DNA of 64,000 nt from Macrostomum lignano. Taxonomy: Eukaryota. The notes under the pieces were generated by a model. That model was given only the letters and a program-made list of their open reading frames with translations, did not search any database and had not been told where the DNA came from. Numbering within the stretch: the first letter of the stretch is position 1; each line of letters opens with the position of its first letter. The stretch lies in the NCBI GenBank assembly GCA_002269645.1, contig NIVC01000764.1, positions 186,001 through 250,000 on the forward strand. The letters run 5' to 3'. Below are positions 35,965 to 48,318 of this stretch, in pieces. The translations under genes were made by a program, and so were the position numbers.

Positions 35965-36555
35965 TTTGAGTCATTCAGACAATCAATGACTTGAGTCATT
36001 TCAGACAATGATTTGAGTCATTACAGACATTGGTTTGAGTCATTCAGACAATAAATAATTTGAGTCACTTCACATAATGATTTGAGTCATTCAGACAATC
36101 AATGATTTGCGTCATTTTAGATGTTGATTGGAGTCATTTTAGATAGTGATTTGCGCTATTTCAGACAATCAATGATTTGAGTCATTTCAGATACTGATTT
36201 GCGCTATTTTAGACAATCAATGATTTGAGTCATTTCAGATAGTGATTTGCGCTATTTTAGACAATCAATGATTTGAGTCATTTCAGATAGTGATTTGAGT
36301 CATTACAGACATTGGTTTGAGTCATTCAGACAATAAATAATTTGAGTCACTTCAGATATTGATTCGAGTCAATTAGACAATCAATGAATTGAGTCATTTC
36401 ACAATGATTTGAGTCATTCAGACAATCGATGATTTGCATCATTTTAGATAGTGATTTGCGTCATTTTAGATAGTGATTTGAGTCATTTTAGATAGTGATT
36501 TGCGCTATTTCAGACAATCAATGATTTGAGTCATTAGACAATTATGAATTGAGTC
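35965..36555. repeat. Degenerate gatttgagtcatttcagacaatcaat minisatellite
   Basis: Visible repeated units. Confidence 0.9.
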
Positions 36556-36851
36556 AAAAAAAAACGCAGACAGACCAATTTAACAGCTACCTCGGACACT
36601 TTAATTAGTTCAACTGAATTTATCTTGGCAACACTTTTAACTGACAGAAAATAATAGAAACTCTGGCCGACTGGCCGATTATAAACGCATTAAATCAATA
36701 ATAATTACTTTAATATTAAAGAATCGTCATTCCCTACCGCTTTCCCAGCAACATTATTTGCAAGCGATTGATTGAAAGTTAAATTACTACTGCTACTAGT
36801 AGTAACATCCGCACTATTGCAAACCCGATCGAAATAGTTATGCTTGGCTAC

Positions 36852-37127
36852 CTTGTAATGCTTCAGATACAGCTGCATTGAGCTAGCCGAAATGGCGTTG
36901 CTACGCTGACGCGGCTTCAAGACTTGAGGCTGCTGCTGCTGCTGCTGCTGTTGTTGCCGAGCAGCTCGAATATTCGACAACTGCTCCGAAAGCTGCTGTT
37001 GCGCGGACGAGTCGTCCGCATCTGCGGCGCTAAACTCGGCGCCTTCGCTGGTGCTGCCGCTGCGCAAGGATTGCACCGAGGCCGTAGTTGATTCCGCTTT
37101 GCCCAGATCGTCCGGTTCGCTCAGCAT
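36852..37127 (-). CDS. GC-rich poly-Q coding exon, possibly the distal first exon of the receptor
   Basis: ATG 37127; S/Q-rich 92 codons; composition turns AT-rich after AAG|GTAGCC at 36851; gene assignment is inference. Confidence 0.45.
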
Positions 37128-37704
37128 CTCAGATAATTGATGATAACACACACTGCACACAACTGCTTATCCGATATTGACGAGAACGGAACGGAAAAAG
37201 GAAAGGAGAGTGGAGGGGAGGGTAAGGAAAGAAGTACTGACGAATCAGCCCGACTAACCAATCGCAATGCAAGGTAAACAGACTGTTTCTTGAGTTTAAG
37301 TTATACTCTTTGCTTAAGACAGCACAGGTCAACAACAACAACAAGGATCTTCTTGATCATTTTTCGTCGGCCCTCTCAACAAAAACTAAACTCATTCCTT
37401 AACCCTAGCCTTAATTCCCAATTGATGATTTTGAAAATATCCACTGGGGATTTTCCTGTTCAACCCCCTTACCCTGCCCAGCTGCTCCAGGCAAACAAAT
37501 AAACATATTGATTAGAAAGATAAGGACCGTCAGGAGCCTACGGTAAAGACACGGGCTGCTGGATATCGAAGGTAGAAGGGTATAAAAGCAGGAAAAATAC
37601 TTTTAATTGACACTTTCAACACTTAAAATGCCCTCTGTTTAAAACTGCTTTGCCCTGTCAGTACGCTCGTAGGGAGCTTCTTCTGTCATATCTGTCCTTC
37701 AGTA

Positions 37705-38772
37705 CGGAGCCTCTTCTACCAACAAACCTTCGGTAGGGAGCCTCTTCTACCAACAAACCTTCGGTAGGGAGCCTCTTCTACCAACAAACCTTCGGTAGGG
37801 AGCCTCTTCTACCAACAAACCTTCGGTAGGAAGCCTCTTCTACCAACAAACCTTCGGTAGGGAGCCTCTTCTACCAACAAACCTTCGGTAGGGAGCCTCT
37901 TCTACCAACAAACCTTCGGTAGGGAGCCTCTTCTACCAACAAACCTTCGGTAGGGAGCCTCTTCTACCAACAAACCTTCGGTAGGGAGCCTCTTCTACCA
38001 ACAACACTTCAGTAGGGAGCCTCTTCTACCAACAAACCTTCGGTAGGGAGCCTCTTCTACCAACAAACCTTCGGTAGGGAGCCTCTTCTACCAACAAACC
38101 TTCGGTAGGGAGCCTCTTCTACCAACAAACCTTCGGTAGGGAGCCTCTTCTACCAACAAACCTTCGGTAGGGAGCCTCTTCTACCAACAAACCTTCGGTA
38201 GGGAGCCTCTTCTACCAACAAACCTTCGGTAGGGAGCCTCTTCTACCAACAAACCTTCAGTAGGGAGCCTCTTCTACCAACAAACCTTCGGTAGGGAGCC
38301 TCTTCTACCAACAAACCTTCGGTAGGGAGCCTCTTCTACCAACAGACCTTCGGTAGGGAGCCTCTTCTACCAACAAACCTTCGGTAGGGAGCCTCTTCTA
38401 CCAACAAACCTTCAGTAGGGAGCCTCTTCTACCAACAAACCTTCAGTAGGGAGCCTCTTCTACCAACAAACCTTCGGTAGGGAGCCTCTTCTACCAACAA
38501 ACCTTCGGGTTGGGGCCTCTTCTACCAACAAACCTTCAGTAGGGAGCCTCTTCTACCAACAACACTTCAGTAGGGAGCCTCTTCTACCAACAAACCTTCG
38601 GTAGGGAGCCTCTTCTAACAACAACACTTCAGTAGGGAGCCTCTTCTACCAACAACACTTCAGTAGGGAGCCTCTTCTACCAACAACACTTCAGTAGGGA
38701 GCCTCTTCTACCAACAAACCTTCGGTAGGGAGCCTCTTCTACCAACAAACCTTTAGTAGGGAGCCTCTTCTA
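37705..38772. repeat. Highly homogeneous 31-bp minisatellite (gggagcctcttctaccaacaaaccttcggta)
   Basis: Head-to-tail units with no spacers. Confidence 0.97.
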
Positions 38773-39083
38773 CCCTTAACACTTGTCACGCGTGTTAAAG
38801 TAAAACAACTTTGCCCCCTCTCCGAAAGACCATGAATTCAATGAAGCCGGATTCGTGCGATCACAGGATTTATACATCAAACTGCATTTCTTTCCTATAC
38901 CTGTCGCGTGAGTTAAAAGCTTATTTAGTGATACGGATGCGAAATAAGAGTATAAAGTGCTTGCTTAAATGACATCAGAAAGATTAATATGCTGAGCCTA
39001 ATCTTTCAAACCAAACAGTTGGTTTTTCTAGCAAACCTGCTTCTGCTACACAGCAGTTTGATGATAAATGGAGATTCTTAAAT

Positions 39084-39538
39084 AAAATGGCACACGCATC
39101 ATCAAAATGAAATGGCACACGAATCATCAAAATGAAATGGCACACGCATCATCAAAATGAAATGGCACACGCATCATCAAAATGAAATGGCACACGCACC
39201 ATCAGAATGAAATGGCACACGAATCATAAAAATGAAATGGCACACGAATCATCAAAATGAAATGGCACACGAATCATCAAAATGAAATGGCACACGAATC
39301 ATCAAAATGAAAATGAAATGGCACACGCACCATCAGAATGAAATGGCACACGAATCATCAAAATGAAAATGAAATGGCACACGCACCATCAGAATGAAAT
39401 GGCACACGAATCATCAAAATGAAAATGAAATGGCACACGCATCATCAGAATGAAATGGCACATGCATCATCAAAATGAAATGGCACACGCATCATCAAAA
39501 TGAAATGGCACCCGAATCATCAGAATGAAATGGCACAC
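39084..39538. repeat. 25-bp minisatellite (aaatggcacacgcatcatcaaaatg)
   Basis: Visible tandem units. Confidence 0.95.
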
Positions 39539-40474
39539 ATTGTTATATATTGTATTTTGTGCCACGTGACAGCGTCAGAGTAGGCAAGCCTCAGACAAAA
39601 AATAACTCAGTACCAAAGTCAGTGGACAAGAAACGCGCTTCCACCAGCCTCTGCGGGCAAGCAAGAGAGCCACCTTCCCTCCTTCGCCTTCCTTCTGCGC
39701 ACTTTTCAGACTTAGAAATAGAAAAAATCTGGGGCGTCGCCGATCTCAGAAGACCCGCGAGGAAGAGGAAGCCTAAAAACCGACGCGCCCACGCACAAAA
39801 AAAGATTTTCTGTTGCATTCACAGATTGATATAAATGCATTTTTGTTAATGCTCGGCTCTTTTATTTGTTAATGCTCAGCTTTATTATCTTTGATGGATG
39901 GCTTCAAATGTCTTTGCATGGAATTCGCGCTCACAGTCCCAGCCTAAACCAAGCGAGCCAACTGACGGGGACAAATGTACCTAAATGGCGATCCTTCTTC
40001 TGCTTTCAGCCTGCAGACTACACCAGCTGTAGCAAAAAACCTCGCTTGAAGTCGGAGCTTGATTTTTCAAAATAAAAAAATTAACGATAATTTGTATTAG
40101 AAAAATACTTAACTAATACATCAAATCATTTTACTCTCTGCGGCTAAAGTACAAATATATGCATATATATACAGGCGAGTAAGTTTTAATATTAATACGC
40201 GCGTATTTCTACTGATTGCCAGAGGAGTCAGTAGTATTTCAAGGGTGTGTTTTTTCATATATATGATAAGTATAACTAACTTTTTAACGTGAAGTATAAA
40301 TCATAAATTTACGTATACAATAATAAAACAAAAATTATTTATTAGATACTCATACTGCTTGTTAATGCAATAACTTAAATCTGTACTATAAAAATATCTA
40401 CTTGCTAACATAAATTCGTAAAATTGTATGTATATGTGCACGAGTTTCTTGCATCTGTCAATAATTACTTTAAT

Positions 40475-40850
40475 TTGTACAAGAGCTGCTCTCATCTGTA
40501 CAAGAATTGCATGCATCTGTACGAGAACTGTTCTCATCTGTACAAGAGCTGTCGTCAGAAAAAGAATGGCCCTCATCTGTACAAGAACTACTTATTTGTA
40601 CAAGAACAACTTATCTGTACAAGAACTACTCATTTGTACAAGAACTACTTATCTGTACAAGAACTACTCATCTGTACAAGAACTACTCATCTGTACAAGA
40701 ACTACTCATCTTACGAGAACTACTTATCTGTACAGGAACTGCTCTCATCTGTACAAGAACTACTTATTTCTACAATAATTACTCATAGTACTCATCGGAA
40801 ATACTCATCGGTTTGTTTACCCAAAGCAGCAACACAGTTCCAGAGAGGAT
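40475..40850. repeat. 19-bp satellite (atctgtacaagaactactc) array A plus unique right flank
   Basis: Same unit and same flank as array B. Confidence 0.9.
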
Positions 40851-41614
40851 CACCGCATTCATGCATAATTTCTATACTGTCATCAGCCGCATCAACACTA
40901 AAGCTCATAGCCCATACATGAATAGAATTAGATAATTTATAGCAAGCATACAAGATTCAAAGGAGATCAGAACCCTAATTAAATATGCAGCACAATGCCA
41001 TATTCATCCACAACAGAAGTGAACAGTAGAAAAATCAGAATTTACTATTATTTTGATAAAACTAGTCAGAAATAACCATAAAGTAGAGGGGGGTGGTAGG
41101 GGTCTACCGCGCAGTCAGTGAATACTGCGCACATATGTTTCTGATTTATAAATAAAATATAATATATAGCATACGATACTTATCATCAATACTTAGAGCA
41201 GGAAAACTGCGCGGCAATGCCAACAGCGCACGGATTTGGAGCAATAAAAAAGAAGGAAAGAAAAATTTTCAAGCCCCACAAGCGCCCGGGGTACCAGCGG
41301 AATCCAAGTAAAATTTCGAGCGCCTGATATAGGCTTGAAGCCAAGATGAGGCAAGGGCGGGTGGCGCTACATATGAATTATAATTTACAACTGCTTAACA
41401 GACACAGGAGCCAGTGCAGACAACGGCGGGCCAGAGGCTGAAGCGAAGCGAACTAGTAAAAGCAGTAGAAAGGCCAGTACTCGTAGTCAGGAAATGTTAT
41501 AAAGCGATTGCATATACACTGAAGTATATGCAGACAGTCAGGAGATGCACATTACATATATGTACACAGGCAGATGGTCACACATGCCAGACATGTTAGG
41601 GCAATGTACACACA

Positions 41615-42237
41615 CATCTGTACAAGAAATACACATCTGTACAAGAATTGCTCATCTGTACAAGAACTACCCATCTGTACAAGAACTAGACAACTGTACA
41701 ATAACTCTTCATCTGTACAAGAACTAGACATCTGTACAATAACTCTTCATCTGAACAATTTCTCATCTGTACAAGAACTAGACATCTGTACAAGAATTAC
41801 TCATCTGTACAAGAATTACTCATCTGTACAAGAACTACTTATCTGTACAAGAATTACTCATCTGTACAAGAACTACTTATCTGTACAAGAATTACTCATC
41901 TGTACAAGAACTACTTATCTGTACAAGAATTACTCATCTGTACAAGAACTACTCAGCTGTACAAGAATTAATCTTCAGAAAAAGACCTACTCATTTGTAC
42001 AAGAACTACTCATCTGTAAAAGAAGTACTAATCTGTACAAGCAAGAACTACTCATCTCTACAAGAATTACTCATCTGTACAAGAACTACACAACTGTACA
42101 AGAACTACTCATCTGTACAAGAACAACTCATCTGCACAAGAACTGCTCATCTGTACAAGAATTACTCATAGTACTTATCGGAAATACTGCAGCATCGGTT
42201 TGTTTACCCATAGCAGCAACCCAGTCCCAGAGAGGAT
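41615..42237. repeat. 19-bp satellite array B plus shared right flank
   Basis: Flank actcatagtact..atcggaaatact..ggtttgtttaccca..agcagcaac..cagagaggat is shared with 40781-40850. Confidence 0.9.
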
Positions 42238-43040
42238 GACTGCATTTAATATAATTTATTACAGACAAGATTAATTGATTTTTGCAAATACTGAATTTAT
42301 AAAAATGACCTACAAATGTCCTTCCAATGCAAACAATTTGACCTTTCAGTTAGGATAGATTTAAGCAAAAACACAGTTACAGAGCTTGAATAGATTCTTA
42401 CCAGTGCAGGTGTATTAGTTTTCTGATAGCCAATATTCACTTCAACAGCAAATTTGGTGCACAGAAATCATTAAAGCTGCAATCATTTAGTGATATAAAA
42501 GTTGCTTTATTAAGTTGGATCATTAATTTTATTAGATACATATCATATAATTATTTAACGATCATTTAAAAAGTGCTTAAATCTTTAAATCTGAGTGCTC
42601 TCAATAGGTGAGTGTCATTCTCTTCATGATAAAGACAGTTTCATACAGTTTAAAAGCATTTTAATTATATCTGCACAATCTCTTCAATTTTATATAGCTG
42701 GTAGACACGGTTTACTAGAAAAATGTAGCATATTTGTATCTAAAGAGCTTTTTTGCAACAGTTTAATGCTGGTTTAGTTAATTTTGTGACATGCCTACCT
42801 TGGCAACCTGAGCTGGATATTGTGAATATGAGTTAAGTATCAAAAATTTCAGTAAAATTATAAATTATATATGTAAATAAATAAACATACTAAATTATAA
42901 CAAATAAAATTGTTAAATTTAAAAAATTAAGACAAACCAAATTTAAGAAAAAATGCCTTTGAATTATTCTATCACCTTTTTTCAGCCTATTTTATACTGC
43001 AAGTTCTGTGCTTAATAAAGTGCTAAAGTTCTAAAATTTA

Positions 43041-43334
43041 TAATAATTATTGATTACACCAGCCCCAACTTGGCCAGATGTGTAGCCAATACCTCATCTG
43101 CAGCTATTGTGCAGTGCTTTTAAAGGCAATATATGGCTGTTAAGCCTAAGGACTAGGTCATCATACACCCTTATTACTCCAGCTAATGCTGGCACCCATT
43201 TTACAGCTGGGTGAACTGAAGCAATGCAGAGTTGAGTGTCTTGCTCAAGGACTCAAATAGTTCCAATGGGATTGGGAATCAAACCCTTGACCTTTAAGTC
43301 ACAAGTCTAATGGTCTGAACACTATGCTACAACC
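43041..43334 (-). mobile_element. Second, CpG-decayed copy of the CORE-type SINE
   Basis: Reverse complement aligns with 17411-17715 (ccttgagcaagacactcaactctgcattgcttcagttcacccagctgtaaaatgggtgccagcattagctgg). Confidence 0.85.
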
Positions 43335-45271
43335 CTCTCATAGAATCAACTAGACTGCAAAAAATATATAATTATGTCCCATCTCATCAACATGTATATG
43401 TCTTATGTCTAAAAATCACAAAGAATCTATTTACCATTCTATAATTCACTTTGTTATATAGTCATTAGGCTAAGAATGATAAAATAGATTCCTAAAGCCA
43501 ATAGGTTAAGCTGTGCCATTTTTATGCTTTTTAGACATTGTACATATATGACTATAGGCCTACATCAAAGATACTATATAACTAGATAGATCACTTCTTA
43601 TCTCGCTGTGGGAAGCAAAACTGATACTAATCTTAGGACAGTAGTGTAAAAGCAACTTATAAGAAACATTCTTATTAGTGACTAAAATGAAATCAATTAC
43701 AATCTTCTACAGTATACATTCTCAACTTTAAGGTAGGCTTTTGCTAGCCTAAATTTCCAGTAAATGATTTCCTTTTCAACCCTATTGCTAGCCTATAGCA
43801 GTGTAGAGGGGGGAGATGAAAGGGTGGAGGCCAAGAGCTATATAAGCCATCTAGCTAAGCAGAGCTTTTTTGTGTTGCCTTAACTTTAATAAAAGCCAAC
43901 CAACAAAGTTGCCCTAAGGGAAGGATGGGAGGTTGGTGAAAGGGTTAAGAGCTGTGCAAGCCATAATGTACACACTATGTGGTCTATGAACCAATCTTAA
44001 TATAAGCATTGAATTTGCCTTTGTTTTAAGAGCATTTGGCTAAGTCTAGTTTCTTATCTTTCCTCACAGAGATCATGCATCTAGTGTTTCCAGTGTGATT
44101 TGCAATCATGTATATATAATCAAATAGTTTTTCAATGGCCAATGGCCATAGCCATGCAAAATTTGATATTCAGCTCAAAAGGTGTACAGCCACTTGCACA
44201 AATACAACTCAAGCTGTCAAGCATTCACTGGTGATACCAGAACTCCAGTGTGAATGCACAGATTCCCGACAGATGAGGCTACTTAATAGGAAAGAATTTT
44301 TGAGCTAAATTTTGAGCTTATAGTGATTCTTTAAAATAATACATTTTAAGATTATTATATAAAATAATCTATAAAAACTAGATAACATATTATATAAGAA
44401 TTTACCATATTATTATAAGTAATATTAACAAATGCAATTATATGGTTTAGTATGATAAATTTTCCAAAAAAGCTATATACCAAATATACTTAAGACTTTG
44501 GAATATGTAGGATACCAGAATTTTCTATGGCAATTGCCACTTTTTTAACTGGTATATATGATATAGCCTTATTAACCAAATTAATATAATAACATTGAAC
44601 CCTTGTATAAGGCTGGTACTCAGGCAATAGAGCTATAGAAAATATGAATATATTTTATATTATATTATATTATTTATATTTATTTATTATTTATATTTTA
44701 TTATATTAAAAATTGTATGATACTATAATATAATATATATTCATATTATATTATATTATAGTATCATACAGACTATGTGAAGAAGCTAGATATATAACCC
44801 TAATTGTGTATATCCTTTATGCTTGGCATGTTTTATTGTTCTTGCATTTACAAAATAGTTCATTAATAATGTATATCTAGTGATAGATATATTAATGTAT
44901 ATAATATAATATTTAATATTTAGTATTTAGTAATAAATATTAATAAATAATATATAATATATAATATATAATATATAATTGTATATAATATTTAGTGATA
45001 TATATTATAGCAATTCAAGCAATTCAAGCAATTCAAGATTGTAAACTATACATACATTTTTGTATTATAAGATGCCCAAAATATGCAATATATTTGCAAA
45101 GGTAGTTGTTATTTGCATAGTACAATAAAAAAATTACTGGTGTTATTTATTTGTCAACTGAAATAAATAGGCCTACCTTATAAATAGTTAACTATTTATT
45201 TACCTAATATTTGCCCTGCCTTGTATTTTTTTATTTTCATAATGAGTTTCAACTAACTAAAGCTGGTGGAT

Positions 45272-46598
45272 GGCCCATTCCATTTAAGATAGACATATTT
45301 GGAAAATAGAAAAAAGTCAATATTTTTGCTTGTCATTACCTTATCAGCCAATTTTTTTACAAAATCTTTTTGTATGTAATGTATATAATCTAAGAATAAA
45401 AAAATGATAAAATGTTGGATTAGTATGTTATCAAGTGGCAAAAAGTCATTTTTGTAAAAATTTGGACATTTTTCGAAGCAAAAGACATCATTAAGTTTAT
45501 ATACCTTTTAAAAACAAATAGAAAGCTTTGGAAGGTTAAAACAAACTATAGATAAAAAGTATAGTACTTGCATCATCAGATAAAAGTATTGGTGACCAAA
45601 TAATCTATTATATTTTTAATATATTGGTACTTCAAAGTTACTGAATTGACAGAAAAAAAAATGTTACGACCATAATGTTACGACCATAAGGCTGCCTTTT
45701 CTTTTGTATCTTTGTTGCCTTTTTGAGTTTATATATTCTACAAAAGAGTATGATTACTGTGGATGTTTTTAGTCAAATTTTAAAAAAATGTATTGCAAAA
45801 TATCAAAAAAATGTTATAAGACTTTTACCTTTAGTTTCTATATGTCAAAAATCCTGTTGTTACGACCATAAGTGCCATTCAAGGATAGAATAGCTTCTAT
45901 ACTAATGATGATATCTATATGAAACTATAAAAATATTCTTGACAAAATTATCTTTCATTTAAAATATTGGTTTAGTATATTCTATTATTATATTTCATTT
46001 TATAAGTAAAAATAGCCTGTCATGTTACGACCGTGCTTATATGGAACGAGCCTTAGGTACTTTTTAAAAACAAATAGAAAGCTTTAGAAGGTTAAAACAA
46101 ACTATATATAAAATTATAGTACTTGCATCATCAGATAAAAACATTAGCAACCATATAATCTATTATATTTTTAATATATTAGTACTTCAAAGTCACTGAA
46201 TTGACAGAAAAAAAATGTTACGACCATTATGTTACAACCATAAGGCTGCATTTTCTTTTGTATCTTTATTGCCTTTTTGAGTTTATATAAAAGAGTGTGA
46301 CTTCTAAAAATGTTTTTAGTCAAATTTAAAAACAATTATTGCAAAATATCAAAAAAGAAAAATATGACTTTTACATTTTAGTTTCTATGTCAAAAATCCT
46401 GTTGTTATGACCATAAATGCCATTCAAGGTTTAATAGCATCTATACTAATGATGATATCTAAATGAAACTTTATAAACATATTCTTGACAAAATAATCTT
46501 TCATTCAAAATATTGGTTTAGTATATTCTATTTTTAGATTTCATTTTATAAGTAAAAATAGTCTGTCATGTTACGACCATAATTATATGGAATGGCCC
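45272..46598. mobile_element. Non-autonomous TIR element with an internal about 555-bp tandem duplication
   Basis: GGCCCATTCCAT (45272) and ATGGAATGGCCC (46587-46598) are near-inverted; block from about 45505 repeats from about 46060; many TGTTACGACCAT motifs; no TSD identified. Confidence 0.55.
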
Positions 46599-47014
46599 AG
46601 ATAGAGTTTAGGTATGATTAAAATATTTTATAGCTAGGGATTGACTAACTATGATTTTTGCATGCATGACTAGAATAATACCATGTATGAAACCATGCAT
46701 GACTATGAATTTTTTATAGTATACATTTTAATTTAAAAATAGAACTATTAGTATTAATACTACTGAGTTTAATAATTTTTTAAGCCTTGTTTTTATCATT
46801 TTTATTGTTTTAATATATTTTATTATATGGCTTTGTTACATCTATGTTAATTTATTGCAATTTTGATTTGTTTTGACTGTGCTATAACAGAAAAAAGTAA
46901 GGTTTTATTCATAGAATTCATGAATTGTGATTGGCAAGACTGGGCATGATTTTTTCCTTAAGATCATGGTTTTCGTGATTATGACCATGATCATAATCAA
47001 TCCTTAGTTGTAGC

Positions 47015-48318
47015 CAATGTTGCCACAGACTTTCATAAGAAAAAATGAGCGCAGGCTTAAAAAAATAGCGCAGCACATATACTTCATTAAAATACACTGA
47101 AAAAATTAGCTGACAAATTATGTCAGAAGTAGTGCACTATATTTTCCAATTTACTAGTTTTGTTTATTTTCTTTGCTTAAAAATTGTTTAAAACTATGAG
47201 TACCTCACAACTCACAAAGTGCAAAAAGATGAAAGATATATACGATCGGTTATATTTAAAGTAGTTTTAATGAATATTGACTTGCATCATTCATCAATCG
47301 ACATGACACATCCTCAAAACTTTACAAGGCACAAAAAGATGAAAAAAATTTCCCCATTGAATCATTTATCAATAAAGAATAATTAATAGTCAGTCACAAA
47401 AGTCAAAGCACTTTGCTAATTTACTTTCTAGTTCCTACGCTGCTTCTTCTGATTAACAGCATTACTAGAACTACGACTGGCGCTCTTCCTCAAAACACCC
47501 TCTCGCTGGTCCACTTGCACAAGCATCTCCCGTGCCTGCTTCCGCATCTCATCGATGTTTAGCTACTGCTGCACCATACTCGTATCTTCTTGCTCCAGCC
47601 GATCCCTTTCTGCCGCCTTCTCCCACTCCACCACATCACGCCAGTGCTTATCTAGCTCAGCCTGCAACTTGGCCATTTTCTCCTCATTCTTCTTCGCCCA
47701 AGCCCGGTCATCTGCCTTCGCACAAGCCACAAATCTGGCTTCAAACAGTGTGGGAGTGATCACAACTTCCGACACCCGGCTGACACCAACTGAGAGCTTG
47801 AGCCACGTCTTGACAGTCAGCAGCGAATCTAGAGTGACATCGCTGAGCTTGTTGCGCTCTTTAGTCAAGTCGCTTGACACCCACTTCAGCATACGCTCGC
47901 TGTCGGCATTGCCATGTGGAATATAGCAAGCACTCTGGGCAAGCTTAGTCAACAGCGGATATTTCTCAGAAGACAACGGAGACCAGAAATGCTCGGGAAT
48001 CAAACCATCATCGAAATCAGCTTCAGATGAGCTGACCCGAAGGCTCGTTGTCTCGGCACATGGATGAGAAAGATGCAAAACACATTGTTTCGTTAACCAG
48101 TGAGCAAAGTAAGCTGTCGATTCGTCCATTGTCATATATTCTCTTAACAAAACTTTGCAAGTACATAATTTTGATGAGAAAATCGTCAGTTACAGTCACA
48201 CAAAGCAAGAAAAAAAATTTTGCGCAGAAGAGACAGAAAAAGTGCAGAAATAGCACAATAGCGCAGGTACTGTAAAAAAGTGCAGATGCGCTAAAAAAGC
48301 GCAGGTGTGGCAACACTG
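47015..48318 (-). mobile_element. hAT DNA transposon, internally deleted
   Basis: TIRs CAATGTTGCCAC / GTGGCAACACTG; identical 8-bp TSD GTTGTAGC at 47007-47014 and 48319-48326; transposase remnant inside. Confidence 0.93.
47563..48150 (-). pseudogene. hAT transposase C-terminal dimerisation-domain fragment
   Basis: FW....KYPLLTKLA....IPHGNADSER......TKERNKLS..TLDSLL. Confidence 0.85.

Noticed and set aside
36705-37160. Stand-alone 151-aa single-exon gene
   Set aside because: The 3' third is AT-rich and intron-like after AAG|GTAGCC; treated as a candidate exon instead
37705-38772. CRISPR array
   Set aside because: 31-bp units are head-to-tail without spacers, there are no cas genes, and the context is eukaryotic
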